Shown in pieces: positions 43,771-55,801 of a DNA stretch of 64,000 nt. Below the pieces are notes generated by a model, which was given only the letters and a program-made list of their open reading frames with translations, had not been told where the DNA came from and did no database searches. Position 1 is the first letter of the stretch, and each line of letters opens with the position of its first letter. The stretch lies in NCBI GenBank assembly GCA_030141605.1, contig JAQGDQ010000115.1:542707-606706 (forward strand), in the 5' to 3' direction. The translations under genes and the position numbers were made by a program. The stretch is from Tubiluchus corallicola (lineage: Eukaryota > Animalia > Priapulida).

Positions 43771-43886
43771 CTATAATAATAAACATCAGTCTTCCCGGCA
43801 GATAAGCCAGCTTTTCGTGTAATCTCTTCTTTCGTCCAACCCTTCGGCAGAGCACTACATTCTGTTCGCCGCTTTTCAAATGACAT
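43771..43886 (-). CDS. MBD2/3: MBD2/3 first coding exon (MSFEKRRTECSALPKGWTKEEITRKAGLSAGKTDVYYY)
   Basis: ATG at 43886, GT donor at 43770; first half of the MBD domain. The six exons sum to 759 nt, 252 aa plus stop, in frame. Confidence 0.95.
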
Positions 43887-44196
43887 TTCAAAAGAAATTA
43901 ACAATAAACTTTCTAATATTTAGACCTTCTTTATTTTTACACGAAACATAACTGTGTCATAACTTCACTATGTGGCAGCACTTAACTAAATTCAATTCGC
44001 AAAAATGTTTTTACTAGGAGTAGCACCACGCCGCGTACGTAATTTCAAATTAGTAGCATTCTGGTAGCAGACTGAGTACAGAATTTTAAAAATGCACAAG
44101 TATTATTTAAAAGCAATCAACAGCAAAACGGAAATTAGATCGTTAAAATAGCTAAATAGAAATGGGTTTAAAAACAATAAGCGTAGTACTGGCTAC

Positions 44197-44591
44197 TAGG
44201 GGTAAGCATTCTCTACGAGAAAGCGAGTCGAATTTGTGACGTTGAATTCGAATTGAACCAAATTTTGCTATTTCAAATTCGAATTGATATTGAAACATTT
44301 TCGAACAAGTTGCGAACCACAAGTATAAATTAGTCATACAAAGATCATGCATATTACTCGATTTTTTTCTGCAGTAAAACCACTAAATTTGCTTGAAATT
44401 GTGCACAGAAATCGCAGTTAAATTATGCTAATTGTATGTCATTTCAATCGTTCTAATGATAAAGAACGTATGTGATTGAAGTACTAAATTAGTCGAATCT
44501 ATAGTTTTAGGTTCGAATCAAATTTGAACTGAAAAAACTTATTGAAATTCGATTCCAATGTTCGAACTCGAGTGTTCAATGCTCACCCCTG
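44197..44591. mobile_element. hAT-type MITE, second copy of the 36193-36546 family
   Basis: TIR TAGGGGTAAGCAT vs rc CAGGGGTGAGCAT; 8-bp TSD CTGGCTAC/CTGGCTTC (7/8); colinear internal similarity to the first copy. Confidence 0.9.
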
Positions 44592-44735
44592 CTGGCTTCT
44601 GGCTTGGTTTAAACATGTACTAAATTAGTATTATGACAGAATATGATTTGAGACGTTTTGAAAATCAATGTTTTTCAAAAGCCTTGTATCATATTATTAT
44701 ATTATGCATGTGTGAAACAGCATTATGGCCTATTA

Positions 44736-45330
44736 TACGGGGTGTCCAAAAATTAACTATAGTTTATATTTTCTGAATTTTTAACAACCAATAAAGGGAA
44801 ATGTCTGAAAATCAGCTGAGATGCAGTAAAATTGTAGCTAAAACTCATTGCCAAATTAAACAAAAATATTCTACCTATATTCTTGTATTTTTGCCCACTG
44901 GGAATATACACTTAATTCTTTTTTTACACACTTAGCTTACTAATCCTCTGACCTCTGTGTAAATATTTATTTTATTTCTCTTGTAGTAATATGTTTAATT
45001 CTATTTTCCTTTTTATGTACTGAAATAAACTAAAATAATAATAAAATTAAAAACAGTATAGTTGCATTAGCAGGCTTCTGATCTATTTTTGTTGTTTTCT
45101 GCAGGGGCTCAAGAGCTTTAAATCAATCTACTGGCATGTTTGGCATCTTGCATTAAGAAAGTTTCTCACAGCCCATGAGTAGTTAGGAACAGCTGCACCT
45201 TGTTGAAAAACTACATTGTTATTTAAATAATGTGGTCCACACCGTGTTCTGAATTTCTGCTGAACTTCAGTTGGTGATCGAAGAACTTCATTTCGGGCTG
45301 ATTTTTCACCCCATTTGCAACATTAATGTA
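44736..45330 (-). mobile_element. Tc1/mariner transposon remnant
   Basis: TACGGGGTGTCCAAAA end motif; minus-strand translation VVFQQGAAVPNYSWAVRNFLN resembles the mariner FQQDGAPPH...VR.FLN catalytic segment. Confidence 0.5.
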
Positions 45331-45529
45331 ATCCAGTGCTCGAGAGAATTATTATGTGCCAGAGCAAAACAAATTTTGTGCCCCTTCCCTCACCTATGTA
45401 CAAGAGCATGAAGACTATAAAAGATAATACAATAATTTATGTTCAAAAGTCTTTATTCCTTAATATCTGAAATATGTTTCCACAGTGAACTAATGTCCCA
45501 GTTTACTGAAAGAGCTTTTCTGGCCTTTT

Positions 45530-45679
45530 TCACACAAAACAATGAATAACCTCATCAAAATTGCCTTTACTTGCTAGTTCATTTTCAATACTGAATCTTG
45601 TCAGGTCTACTAGCCGGCCCTGTGTCATTGTGAATCTAAGAAAATTTCTAACTTGTTTTAGTTTGCTGTATGAGCATCT
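45530..45679 (-). pseudogene. hAT transposase C-terminal dimerisation-domain fragment
   Basis: Translates RCSYSKLKQVRNFLRFTMTQGRLVDLTRFSIENELASKGNFDEVIHCFV*, matching the hAT pattern ERSFSKLK.IK..LRSTM.Q.RL..L..LSIE.E. Confidence 0.8.
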
Positions 45680-46518
45680 ATGGTAGGGCATGTATGATTT
45701 GGATTGACCAGACTACTGTGTTGTGAAAACAATACACCTGGTGCACATGTTGCAATTTTCAATCCCACCAGGATCCTTCATCACAGGTCTGAATCACTAT
45801 GACTGGAAGATAATTTAGCATTGTTAATGGAAGCCTGATTATATATTAAATCAGTTGCATAATAGTACCTAACTTGAGTACCTAATGAGTAAACAAGGTA
45901 AGAATGCCTATTACCAATTATAGAATATTTAGAACAAAATAAGCATGATACAAAATAAGTAAAATAAAGTTATAACTAATTCGTGATTGTGTTACACAAG
46001 TGTTTTGGAAAAACTTGTAATTAACATGAACGATGCCACAAAAAGTTGCGCCTGACCATTGAAGCAAGTGACAAACTTATTTTACTTGTATAACAGCTGG
46101 ATTTTCATCAGCAGGCCCAAAAATACTTGAAGTTGATAAACATTTATCTTGTTAATGCAAGAAGCTCATTTTTATCATGCTAATGCAACAGCCTGATTTA
46201 AAAAAACTGGCAAAACTAAGTTCTAAAAATATCATTTAATTTTGAATTTGAAATTTCCGTTTTTAGTGAAAACTAGTCGTGCAGAAAACGTTTTCCCGCT
46301 AACCATTCTAGCTACACGGTATAGCACAATGATTTCTTCTCTTGCACAGACACGTTGTTGCGTGCCTGGATGGGTTGTTTACTTGTAAATTTGCTGCATA
46401 ATCAGTCGTGATTTAGGCCTTTGAAGTGTTTCTGATCTATCGGTTTATTTATTATTAGGCCAAGATTTGAAAACAAATTTTAATTATTGCTGAATAACAG
46501 CGTAGAATTGTTAATACG

Positions 46519-46572
46519 ATGTCGTCGCCTAATCTGTCTTGCGTCTTGTATGGACCAATGGATATAAGAATG
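46519..46572 (+). CDS. SORD: Sorbitol dehydrogenase exon 1 (MSSPNLSCVLYGPMDIRM)
   Basis: ATG 46519, donor gtgtgt; matches the SORD N-terminus (NLS.V..GP.D.R). Not in the ORF track. Confidence 0.9.
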
Positions 46573-47856
46573 GTGTGTATGCTATCTGTGATTGTTACCC
46601 AATTGCTGGAACTCGCCCATTTTGGCAACTCTTCACTATAATGCAAATCTCTGTCGCGCGCGCTTTCTCTCTCAATCACTCGCTTTCACGCTCCCTCTCT
46701 ACCCCTACGGCTGCCACTGTACCTGATTTGTCCGGAGTCTCCTGAAATTCAAGCATAGATCCATAGTTCAGTCGAATTTTTTAAAAATTCTGAAATTTCC
46801 TGATTTTGACCATCAGATTCAAATTTAAGTGGAAAAAGCAGAAGTACAACTTGCACGCTATTGAAACTTACAAAAGATTAAGCCAAAAAACAGTTCATTA
46901 AGGTAACAGTAAACTTATTAAAATAGTGGCATTCTTCCGCTTTAACTTCTATTCATATAACATAAAGTGCTTAATTGCATTGCTAAACCGATCTCAGAAA
47001 CCTCAAAAAACACGAGAAATGTGACTGGGAAGAAACTCCAAAAATTTATTTACCCTGCTTGCGCTTTTGTAAGTTTTAGAGTTTTAAGGCTTTTTGGAGT
47101 CTAAAATCAACATTTTTTACTACTTTATGTTTTGAATTTCTTGATTTTAGTTTCTCAAAAAGACTTCACAAAACATCTAAAATGCCAGAAATTACTGTCT
47201 TCTGATGCTCCATTTTGGGCCCCACTGGGATGACGGGATGGTAACTCAGCCTCTCTCTCTCCCTCCCTCCCTCCCTCTCTCTCTCTCTCTCACTCTCTCT
47301 CTCCCCGTCTCCCTCTTTCTCCTTCTCCCCAGAGGCTTTGTTAATGTGCAGCAGCATTGAGCCAGTGGCAAAAAAATGAGGCACTAACAAAGTTTTGGAA
47401 GAGTAACATTTTTGTTTTTTTCCATGCTAGCACAGCATTGCCATTCACAGAGAGTTATTTTAGCATTGATGCGATAGTGGGTTTTTATCATGGGAGAATT
47501 TTGGTCATATAATTGATTGTAGATTTAACTGGTTACTTGCTGTGTGATTCCAAGTGAATGTGAACTGTGTGGGGATTTATATATTAAAGCGATAAAATTT
47601 TAATGGGTATGATATGTGTCATTATAAATAAATAGTAAAAAATTAATACATTCTGTGGTACCAAGCTCTAATTTGCAAAACTAATCAGGCACCTAAAGAG
47701 CTGTTGGAATTAGAATTAACCATTAGAATTAACTCTGCTTTTTATTTTGATCTTTGTATAATCATTGCCATTTTTTTGATTATTTGCTTTGCTATTATTT
47801 TGCAGGCGTTCTGCCTTTCTATTCATTGTACAGTTTTGAGTATTTAATTTTTACAG

Positions 47857-47890
47857 GAACAACGGGGAGTACCGCTTCCTGGAAAAAATG
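47857..47890 (+). CDS. SORD: SORD exon 2 (EQRGVPLPGKN), 34 nt
   Basis: tttttacag acceptor and gtatgt donor; bridges exons 1 and 3 in frame. Confidence 0.88.
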
Positions 47891-49212
47891 GTATGTAATG
47901 GTAATCTGGGCTTAAACAAAGCAGTGCAGTTTTATATTAAATAGTTAATATTTGATAGAACGCATTTGTTTTGGTAGATCAGTAAGCTTTTTTGTGTTTC
48001 CCGAGCAACTGATAATGATCGTGAAATGAACATGTCACGTGACGGTTGTAGTTCAGACACATTGCTGTGGTACACTTAACCTTTGACGTATAGCAGCTGC
48101 ACATGCACACAACAAAACTGTGAAAAGGCCTATTGTTCAGCTCTATTTTTTATATAGAGCACACAGAATGAAGCCCTCACTCGAGTTAATGGGTAGCCAG
48201 TCAACAGGTGAAAATGTAAATTTAGGTCCAGATAAATAGTTCTTATAGCTAATTTTCTAGTGAAAGCAGGAACAGTTGATGTTCTTTTTATTAGTGAGGC
48301 TGCAGTGAATATCGGAATAACGATCCGAGTAATAAAGAATTTCACACTTGGAAATCCAAAGGGAAAAGTAGGATTTGTAAGCACTTGTCTTGCATCTAAT
48401 ATTGTCCAGAATAAAAGCATAAGAAGTAGCAGCACAGCAATAAAACACTGGGGCTCTGACCAAACTGCTGCCAGTTAGCAAATAAACACTTATTTTATTA
48501 ATTAATCTTAGATTTTTTTGTAAATTTTAATTCTTTACTGTAAATATTTTTTATGAATGTGTTTGAATTAAAATTACTTACTGAATGATTGACTGACTGA
48601 CTGAATTTTTTAAATTCCATTGAATACTTTTATTTCAGAACAAATACCATATTACAATACAACTGACTGACGGACAGACTTATTTACTGACTTTCTTACT
48701 TAGTAACCAATGGAGAAAAATTCTCAGATAACATACTATGTAAAACTAACTGCAAGGAGGCTCAATGTAACAAAACACTTTTGATAAGCAAGATATTGCA
48801 GGGCCGAGTTGCTAGATTTTGCATTCTTAACAAATTAATTAAGGTAATAACCTGAAACACCAGCCTAGATGTACTGCAGTAGCTGTTCAGGTAGATTATG
48901 AACATCTGCTGCATTAAATTTTAGATATTTCAAGTGCGACATGGGTAATCCACTTTTTCAACTTTTGTAATATCTTGGTGTTTTTCACTCATATTGAGCA
49001 TATATTGAGCAATTTTATGCATATTCAGTTAATTTGACTAATTTGTGCCTTAGGGCTTTAAATTATAGAATTTTTACGATTAGTATATGTACAGTAAAAC
49101 AGTTGTTCCATCTCCCAAATTTATGTATTGGGTTTGTGAAATGTTTGTGTCTACTTTTTTTCATTTTATGATGGGAATTGCGTACGTTTTGTAAAAAATA
49201 TTTAATTTGCAG

Positions 49213-49377
49213 AAGTTCAAATCAAGATGCATTCTGTTGGTATTTGCGGCTCTGATGTGCACTACTGGACACATGGTAGAATCGGAGATTTCATCCTCAC
49301 GTCTCCCATGGTTCTTGGACACGAATCCAGTGGCACCGTCTCAGCCATTGGAGAAGGAGTCACACACTTAAAGATAG
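49213..49377 (+). CDS. SORD: SORD exon 3 ([18 protein letters not shown]...VLGHESSG...)
   Basis: AG/GT bounded, 165 nt; catalytic-zinc motifs GICGSD and GHE. Confidence 0.96.
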
Positions 49378-49429
49378 GTAATGATAACACTCTAAGAGGA
49401 ATCATGTTGACCTTGGTAGAGCTAATGCA

Positions 49430-50430
49430 TAGGAAGAAAAGTCAAGTTTAAAGTATGTCCCAAAAAACTTTCCACATAAAATTTTATTACTTATCATTAT
49501 GCCTACTTGTTTGAAAGACTTGTGTAACTACAAAAGAAAATTCGTAGTAACTTAAAATTTGTAAAATTTTTGCTGGTACACAGCACATCTTCCCAGCATG
49601 CACCACTGACTCACCAAAAGTGTATTTTTAATCTTATTGACAACATACAGTAATTTATACTTTTCTTCACTTAGTGAAATGTGTGTTACGAGTGCTGTGA
49701 TTACTTTTTCAAACTTTGCGCAATGTTATTTAAACTTGTTTCAAATGACGTACCATAAAAATGGCTGTGCATAATGGTCGTCACGGGAGTTTAAATGTAT
49801 AAAGTTTTATGCAACGTTTCTGTTAAAGCAAGCACTGAATGAAATAAGACAACATGTAAGTGGTATAAATTTTTCAAGACGGATTTTTAAGTTTATTTAT
49901 AAGGGGGTTTTCTTGTGCTTTAACAATTCTGATTTCGAAGAAAGTTAAGTAAAGAGACATTTATGTAACATACGTTGGCTAAATACCTGATGTAAATACC
50001 TTGTTTACAATTGTCCAAGACAAAAAATCTTTTTAGTATAAAACGATACTTGTTTTTAAACACTATTACTTCTTAAATTTGGTATCAAGAAAATCAATTC
50101 TTATTATATTATTTTGGGATTTTGTTAATAAACGTTTCAAGCATTAAAGTAAAAGCCGAGTCTCTCGTGAAGTTGAGCTTATTCTAATATTTGAGAAAAA
50201 TGTTAGAAAGTTTCTGGGCAATGAAATTGTGATAAGCGCCTCGTGTAATTAGCAAAGTCAATTTAAAGTCATGGTCACTTCACGCTTTGGTGCGCTCAGT
50301 AAGGTGAAAAATGGCGTCAACTTGTTGGCGTGCAATATAAACAGCTTCAGCAATCTTTTTTTTACTTATAGAGCAAACTCTATAAACTAAGTAACCCCCC
50401 CGGGTACCTACTGTATACTCACAAGTTTAC
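49430..50430 (+). repeat. ~1-kb dispersed repeat in SORD intron 3, homologous to 63500-64000 (5' part) and 31402-31700 (3' part)
   Basis: Shared blocks such as TTGAAAGACTTGT.TAACTA.AAAAGAAAA, TTTTTAATCTTATTGACAA.ATACAGTAAT and GGGTTTTCTTGTGCTTT; boundaries approximate, class unknown. Confidence 0.75.
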
Positions 50431-51169
50431 GTGTGTACTTGAGTTACATGTTTACATGTCTTCCTTTTATTAGCTTTCCAGGAGCAAGTAAATAAATATA
50501 ATCAAGTCTTCTTGAAATGTGAGGCAGTGTTATATGGAACTGTATTTGCATGTACAAATAGAAGATCAGAGTTTATAGAAAGAAGTTCACGCTTTCAAAG
50601 GTAGCCTCTGTACCTGTATCATGAGCCTATTGTTATTTATATCTATAGTCATGCCTAAGCTGTTTTCTAGGAACTAAATTGGATGAAGGGATTGCTTGCA
50701 GAGTCAGAGCTGTGGTATGTGTCATTTTGCTGGTCTAGAAATAAGCCCAGACAAAACACATGGCGTAAGCATAAGATTCTAAAGATGTGTGAAAAGATCT
50801 CTGGTTAATGGTTTGCCCAGGGTGGCTGAATAGGTAATATTTGTTTGATTGCGAAGGTTAGTAGCGCTGTGTCTGACTGGAAAATGAATGGGTGACCATT
50901 GGGTAACTGCTACTGGGTGGTTTCATCTGCAAGGAGCAACAGAATAGCCATTAATTTCTGTGTGTACTTAGTGATTGAAATCAAACAATACTGATCCTGA
51001 TCAGTAATTGGATGAGTGATTGTCAATGATGTTCTGGTTCTGACACGACCACTACATTTAGTAAGCCTTCCATTGAGATGTGCAAACAGTGTTAAGATTT
51101 CATTATGAAGTTAGTTTAGCATTATGGGGGTTCTTATCTGCGTATATCAAAATGTATTTTATTTTTTAG

Positions 51170-51329
51170 GTGACAGGGTTGCCGTTGAACCTGGTGTGCC
51201 TTGTCGAATGTGCGACTATTGCAAGCGGGGCACCTACAACTTGTGTCCCGACATGGTATTCTGTGCCACGCCACCGGTTCACGGCACACTGTGCAATTAC
51301 TATGTCCATGCTGCTGACTTTTGCTACAA
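51170..51329 (+). CDS. SORD: SORD exon 4 (GDRVAVEPGVPCRMCDYCKRGTYNLC...ADFCYK)
   Basis: AG/GT bounded, 160 nt; GDRV motif and four-Cys lobe loop. Confidence 0.96.
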
Positions 51330-51711
51330 GTAAATTACTTTTTTTAGTAGTGGCTCACTGGAAACATTGAATCGTTTATGGCAGATGTGTGACTTTTAAT
51401 TGTTTATATCATCAAACTATTGCTTTAATGTTAAACTAATCAAAAGTGAACTCAGTCAAGCAAATGTTTGTATTCTTAGAGATTAGTAGTGGCTCTTTTA
51501 TTTTGTCTAACTTACTACCTTTTGCTGCATTATAAAATTATAAACTTTTTTTCTGCAAAGCCGGCTTAGTTTAATAGAGTGAATATGTAATGCTTGATAA
51601 CAACAATCTTCTTGAGCATTTTGTGAACACTTTTGAAACTCAAAGCTTTTCAAATATTATGAATTTGTGCACATTTGTGCACAAGTTTTAATGACTTTTT
51701 CATTTACGCAG

Positions 51712-51830
51712 ACTTCCTGATCATGTGAGCTTCGAGGAGGGCGCTTTACTGGAACCCCTGTCTGTTGCTGTGCATGCTTGTAGAAGAGCTGGAGTGACGA
51801 TTGGAAAACGTGTCCTTATTTGTGGTGCAG
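51712..51830 (+). CDS. SORD: SORD exon 5 ([39 protein letters not shown])
   Basis: AG/GT bounded, 119 nt; EEGAL.EPLSV motif. Not in the ORF track. Confidence 0.96.
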
Positions 51831-51929
51831 GTCTGTATTTGAATCTTGCAGTATAAATACTAAAGTATTAGTATGCATAATGAGTTGTGCCATAGACACT
51901 ACCTGCCACTGAATTTTACTGATTTTCAG

Positions 51930-51995
51930 GGCCTATTGGACTAGTGAACATCGTAACAGCAAAAGCTATGGGAGCATCTGAAGTTGTTATCACAG
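51930..51995 (+). CDS. SORD: SORD exon 6 (GPIGLVNIVTAKAMGASEVVIT)
   Basis: AG/GT bounded, 66 nt; completes the GAGPIG Rossmann motif. Confidence 0.95.
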
Positions 51996-52160
51996 GTATA
52001 TTTTAAACATTTTTAAACTAGTCCCTAACACTTTATGACAGTCTTATATTTGATATGTGCATTGGATTGATTAGTAGGATCTAACAGCAGAGCCTGCTTA
52101 ATGTGATTGGTTGTGACGGTAACGCATAGACATTATAAACGCCATGAACATTACAGCGCC

Positions 52161-52384
52161 TTCAGACTAGTGAGTGTTCTCTCGAACAGCAAACTCGCAA
52201 GTGTGGACTGCCTTCTGAGTTACTGTCGGCAAGAAATTCCAAACTTCAACAGTTGCTGTGAGTTTATTTACTGTCTAGTGTGAATGCCTCGGCGAGTTAC
52301 TCTCGACACTTCTTGCAGTGAGTATCAGCTCATGCTTACTGTTGGAGGGCAACTCGCACGTCAAGTTTTGCTCTCTAGTCTGAA
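52161..52384. mobile_element. Small degenerate MITE-like inverted-repeat element in SORD intron 6
   Basis: TTCAGACTAG (52161-70) / CTAGTCTGAA (52375-84) with internal GAGTTACT/AACTCGC motifs. Confidence 0.5.
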
Positions 52385-53118
52385 CACTTTGTGAGTTACT
52401 TGGCAAGAAAACTCGCTAGCTGTATGTGCAGTTAACCACTGAATAAGCAGATGTTGCCTTTTGGGACATTTGGAAAGCACCATCCCTATACACTCATATC
52501 TCTATTTGCTGTACAAAAGCGGGGAGACGTCGGTCCGAATTTGCTGATTGTCCGTATTTACTGATGCTAAGCTAATACAGAAGGCACCTTGTATTATGCT
52601 CATGGTAATGTAGAATCAATTGCCTAATTGTCTCAAAAACGTCTAGCACGGGTCGTTCCTATTCAAAAGTATATAAACACTGTCGGCAATTGACTCAAAT
52701 AACTCTGCATAATTGATTCTATATTTTTTCTGCACATGCTTAAATAAAAGAAGATGCTTTTGTGTGACCAATTAGCTTTTTTTATTTTTATGTCGTCTTT
52801 TTTTGCTTTTCTGCACTATAATATATGAGGTTTTTGCCTTGTCGCTACACCCGTGTCATTACACGTTGCTTGATTACACTGATGTAATGATGTAAACAAA
52901 GTGATGGCCTGCCAACTAGCGGTCAGCTCGTTAAACAACTGACTGTCTCCGTAGTATCCAGAACTTTTAACAGTCCAGATTTTGTCTGATTGTTTCTATA
53001 TTCATAAAAGTGAGGTCCGGCAAACCGAGATACAGGTGTAAACAGCTAAAATCAGCATAGCAAGAAAACCGGCAAAAGTGCTTCTGAATAGGCCTGCTAA
53101 ATGACCGGCTCTTTTCAG

Positions 53119-53297
53119 ATATTGATGAAACAAGACTTGCATTTGCCAAACAGTTGGGAGCTCACCATACAGTTCTCGTCAAATCTGGCAGTCCTACTGA
53201 GCTAGCTCGACAAGTTACTGCACTATTCGGTGGCAACATGCCTGATATAACTATTGAATGCAGCGGTGCCCAATGCAGTATTCAGTTGGCCATTTAT
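53119..53297 (+). CDS. SORD: SORD exon 7 (DIDETRLAFAKQLGA...PDITIECSGAQCSIQLAIY); later exons lie outside the window
   Basis: cttttcag acceptor and gtaagt donor, 179 nt, phase 1 to 0. Confidence 0.95.
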
Positions 53298-53635
53298 GTA
53301 AGTATGTTAATTTACGTAAGTGTAATAAGCATAAGCTACTTCAGTCTGCATTTGGGCATGAGAAGTATGCGCATCCAATAATCCCAAAGGAAAAGTTAAA
53401 CTTTCTCAGAAGTTAGGCTTATTTCAATGTTATTATTTGTAACAAGAAATGTTACAAAGTTCCAAAAAGTGTGAAAAGCACCTCTTGTAGTCAGTAAAAT
53501 TGCCTCAAAGTCCCTTTGACGCTTGGGACACTCTCATTTTGAACGCCCATTTTTCACCAATGACGTATATCGGCTGAAGAAAAGCAGCGCACGGTCAATT
53601 TCCTACAAAATTTCCTATAAATTTCTACAAAAATT

Positions 53636-53674
53636 ATATATATATATATTATATGTATATATATATATATATAT
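53636..53674. repeat. (AT)n microsatellite
   Basis: Directly visible. Confidence 0.9.
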
Positions 53675-54798
53675 AGCTAATGTTGTGAAATTTTTACATG
53701 AACATTAAGTAAGCTTATGGACATCCACGATGCGCTTACGAAATGTCTAGAAGGCCACTAGTTACGTCATAATTTTCAAGTGAATGGCAGCTATCACCAC
53801 CCTTGAAAATTTCTATACAGTAGTAGTACAAATTAAGTTTCTGCTTTATAGACAGGTTTTTTGAAAATTTCCTTATATTCTTCTAAGTTTAAGCGAAACT
53901 GTAAAACTACCCAACATGTTGAATGATGAGTTTACGATTTAACTTAATCTAAAATTGAAATACTTTTAGTCTTATATTTATGGTGCTTCCATTTTGTTTT
54001 TATAAGCCACCCAAGCAACGTATACTTCTTGTCTAAGTTATTAATATAGTTTAATTGCATTGTTACGACTTGTGAGTCTGTTTCAAGTAAAGGAAAAACA
54101 AAACCAATGCAGCTTTTGCCTCATTTTAAAATGTACCAGTTTAACTGTAGTTATGGCAACATTGTACTAGTGATTATACATTAGCTAAGTTCTGCAGCAG
54201 ACAAAACAGTCAGACATAAACTATTATTAATTCAAATATTAGTCAGTCATTTCTTGATACGTAATACCCTTTTGTTTCGGGTAACTTGATAACTGTCTAG
54301 CTGGATTACCAAAAACACATTTCAGGAGTTGATTACTTATGTTTTCTAAAAAATTACTTGTGTTTTTTAGAAAAATTTACTTTCAGATTTTTCAAATGAG
54401 AGTGAAAGCTGTTTTTGGTTAGCTGAATGTTTATGCAATGAAAAATAATTAGCAGCTTGTGCAAACTAATTTCTCTACTGCTGTTTAGCAGAGCATTTTT
54501 TGTTTTTTATAACACTGTACTAGCATTCATTTTCAACGCTACGTGGTTTACATTTCCAAAAACTTTCTTTCCACGTTAATCCATGCATGTCTATGTTATA
54601 TTTCATAGACAATGAGGTAAGCAAATCAAACTTGGCACATGGTTAGTACTAGCTGGGGAAATTGTAACTGTGGTCTCTTGTCTTCACATTTCTGGTGATG
54701 ATTAGTAAAATGTTCGATGAAGTCATTCTGTGTCCACATAGAGTGGGTGAAGAATTTGCCATTTCATGGTCACTGTGGCTGTCTTGTTTTATACATAC

Positions 54799-55801
54799 TG
54801 TGACGATGTAGTCTAAGTTCCGTTATTGTAAATATGTGGTTCGTGACTTAAGTGTAACCCTTAGGTAAAGAATAAAACACTTAGTCGAAAACACTGTGAA
54901 GAAACCACTGAATTAATAAAATAATATAACAATTTAATGAATGTTTCAAAACACATTACGAGACAACTGTTAATAATAAAGACTAAGCCGGCTAAGAAGA
55001 GAAAGAACAACGTAACGTTTTCACCAGTCCTGTCTTGGCATCATCAAGCGACTATTCTCCTGCTCCTATTCCGCGTCATCTCCTCACCAGGGGCTTGATC
55101 GAGGAATGGTGCACCATAGAACGGTTGACTACACTACCTCTTCATGGATCTGATTACGTGAACGACGTCTCCAAACTTTGACGACTCCTGATGTACACGC
55201 CTCCACTAATACGACGCCAAAATGGGGTAGCATCCAAGCTCCTGCACTCGTCGCAAGGTAAGGATTACCAATTTTGTAATCACAGCATCCCGCACCAACG
55301 ACAGTATCATCAACGTCAGGTAAATACGAGTAAGTATCATCAGCAGCAGATATCATCGACAACTGGTAAGTGATGTATCATCAGCGTCAGGAAAATATAA
55401 TCAGCAATAGGTAAGTATCATCGCTAGAATGCAACTATCGTCTCTGTCGTAACCAGGTAGACAGATCGCTTTTCTACAAGCAAGCACTATTACTACTAAA
55501 CCATCATTTTATGACATGTGAACGTCCGCTTAACTCAACAACTTCAAGCGGAATACCTGGGCGAACTGAACAGCCAAAATTTCGTTTACGTGGCTTCAAT
55601 CACATGGTATAGAAGTAATGCATAAACAGTATCATTGAATGTACAGGTGAAATTTGATTTCAGAACAGGTTGGCTTCTGTCATTATATCGTTAAACATCT
55701 TAACTAAACTTCTTTTATAAAAATTGACAATAATTAATGGTAGAATTATAACAGTAGGAACTAGTTACATAACCTGGCCTAAAATAAGCCTGAGCGTCAC
55801 A
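54799..55801 (-). repeat. 3' LTR (1003 bp)
   Basis: Direct repeat of 61819-62805 at offset 7020; carries 16 extra nt at 55721-55736. Confidence 0.97.

Noticed and set aside
46705-47248. Possible old hAT element in SORD intron 1
   Set aside because: Termini too degenerate and no TSD, so it is not supportable.
54001-54035. AAGCCACCCAAGCA as the start of SORD exon 8
   Set aside because: The AG gives the wrong phase and the sequence does not continue with the expected GG..VLVG motif.
55129-55373. 77-aa and 60-aa ORFs duplicated at 62149-62393
   Set aside because: Duplicated only because they lie in the LTRs; no recognisable domain.
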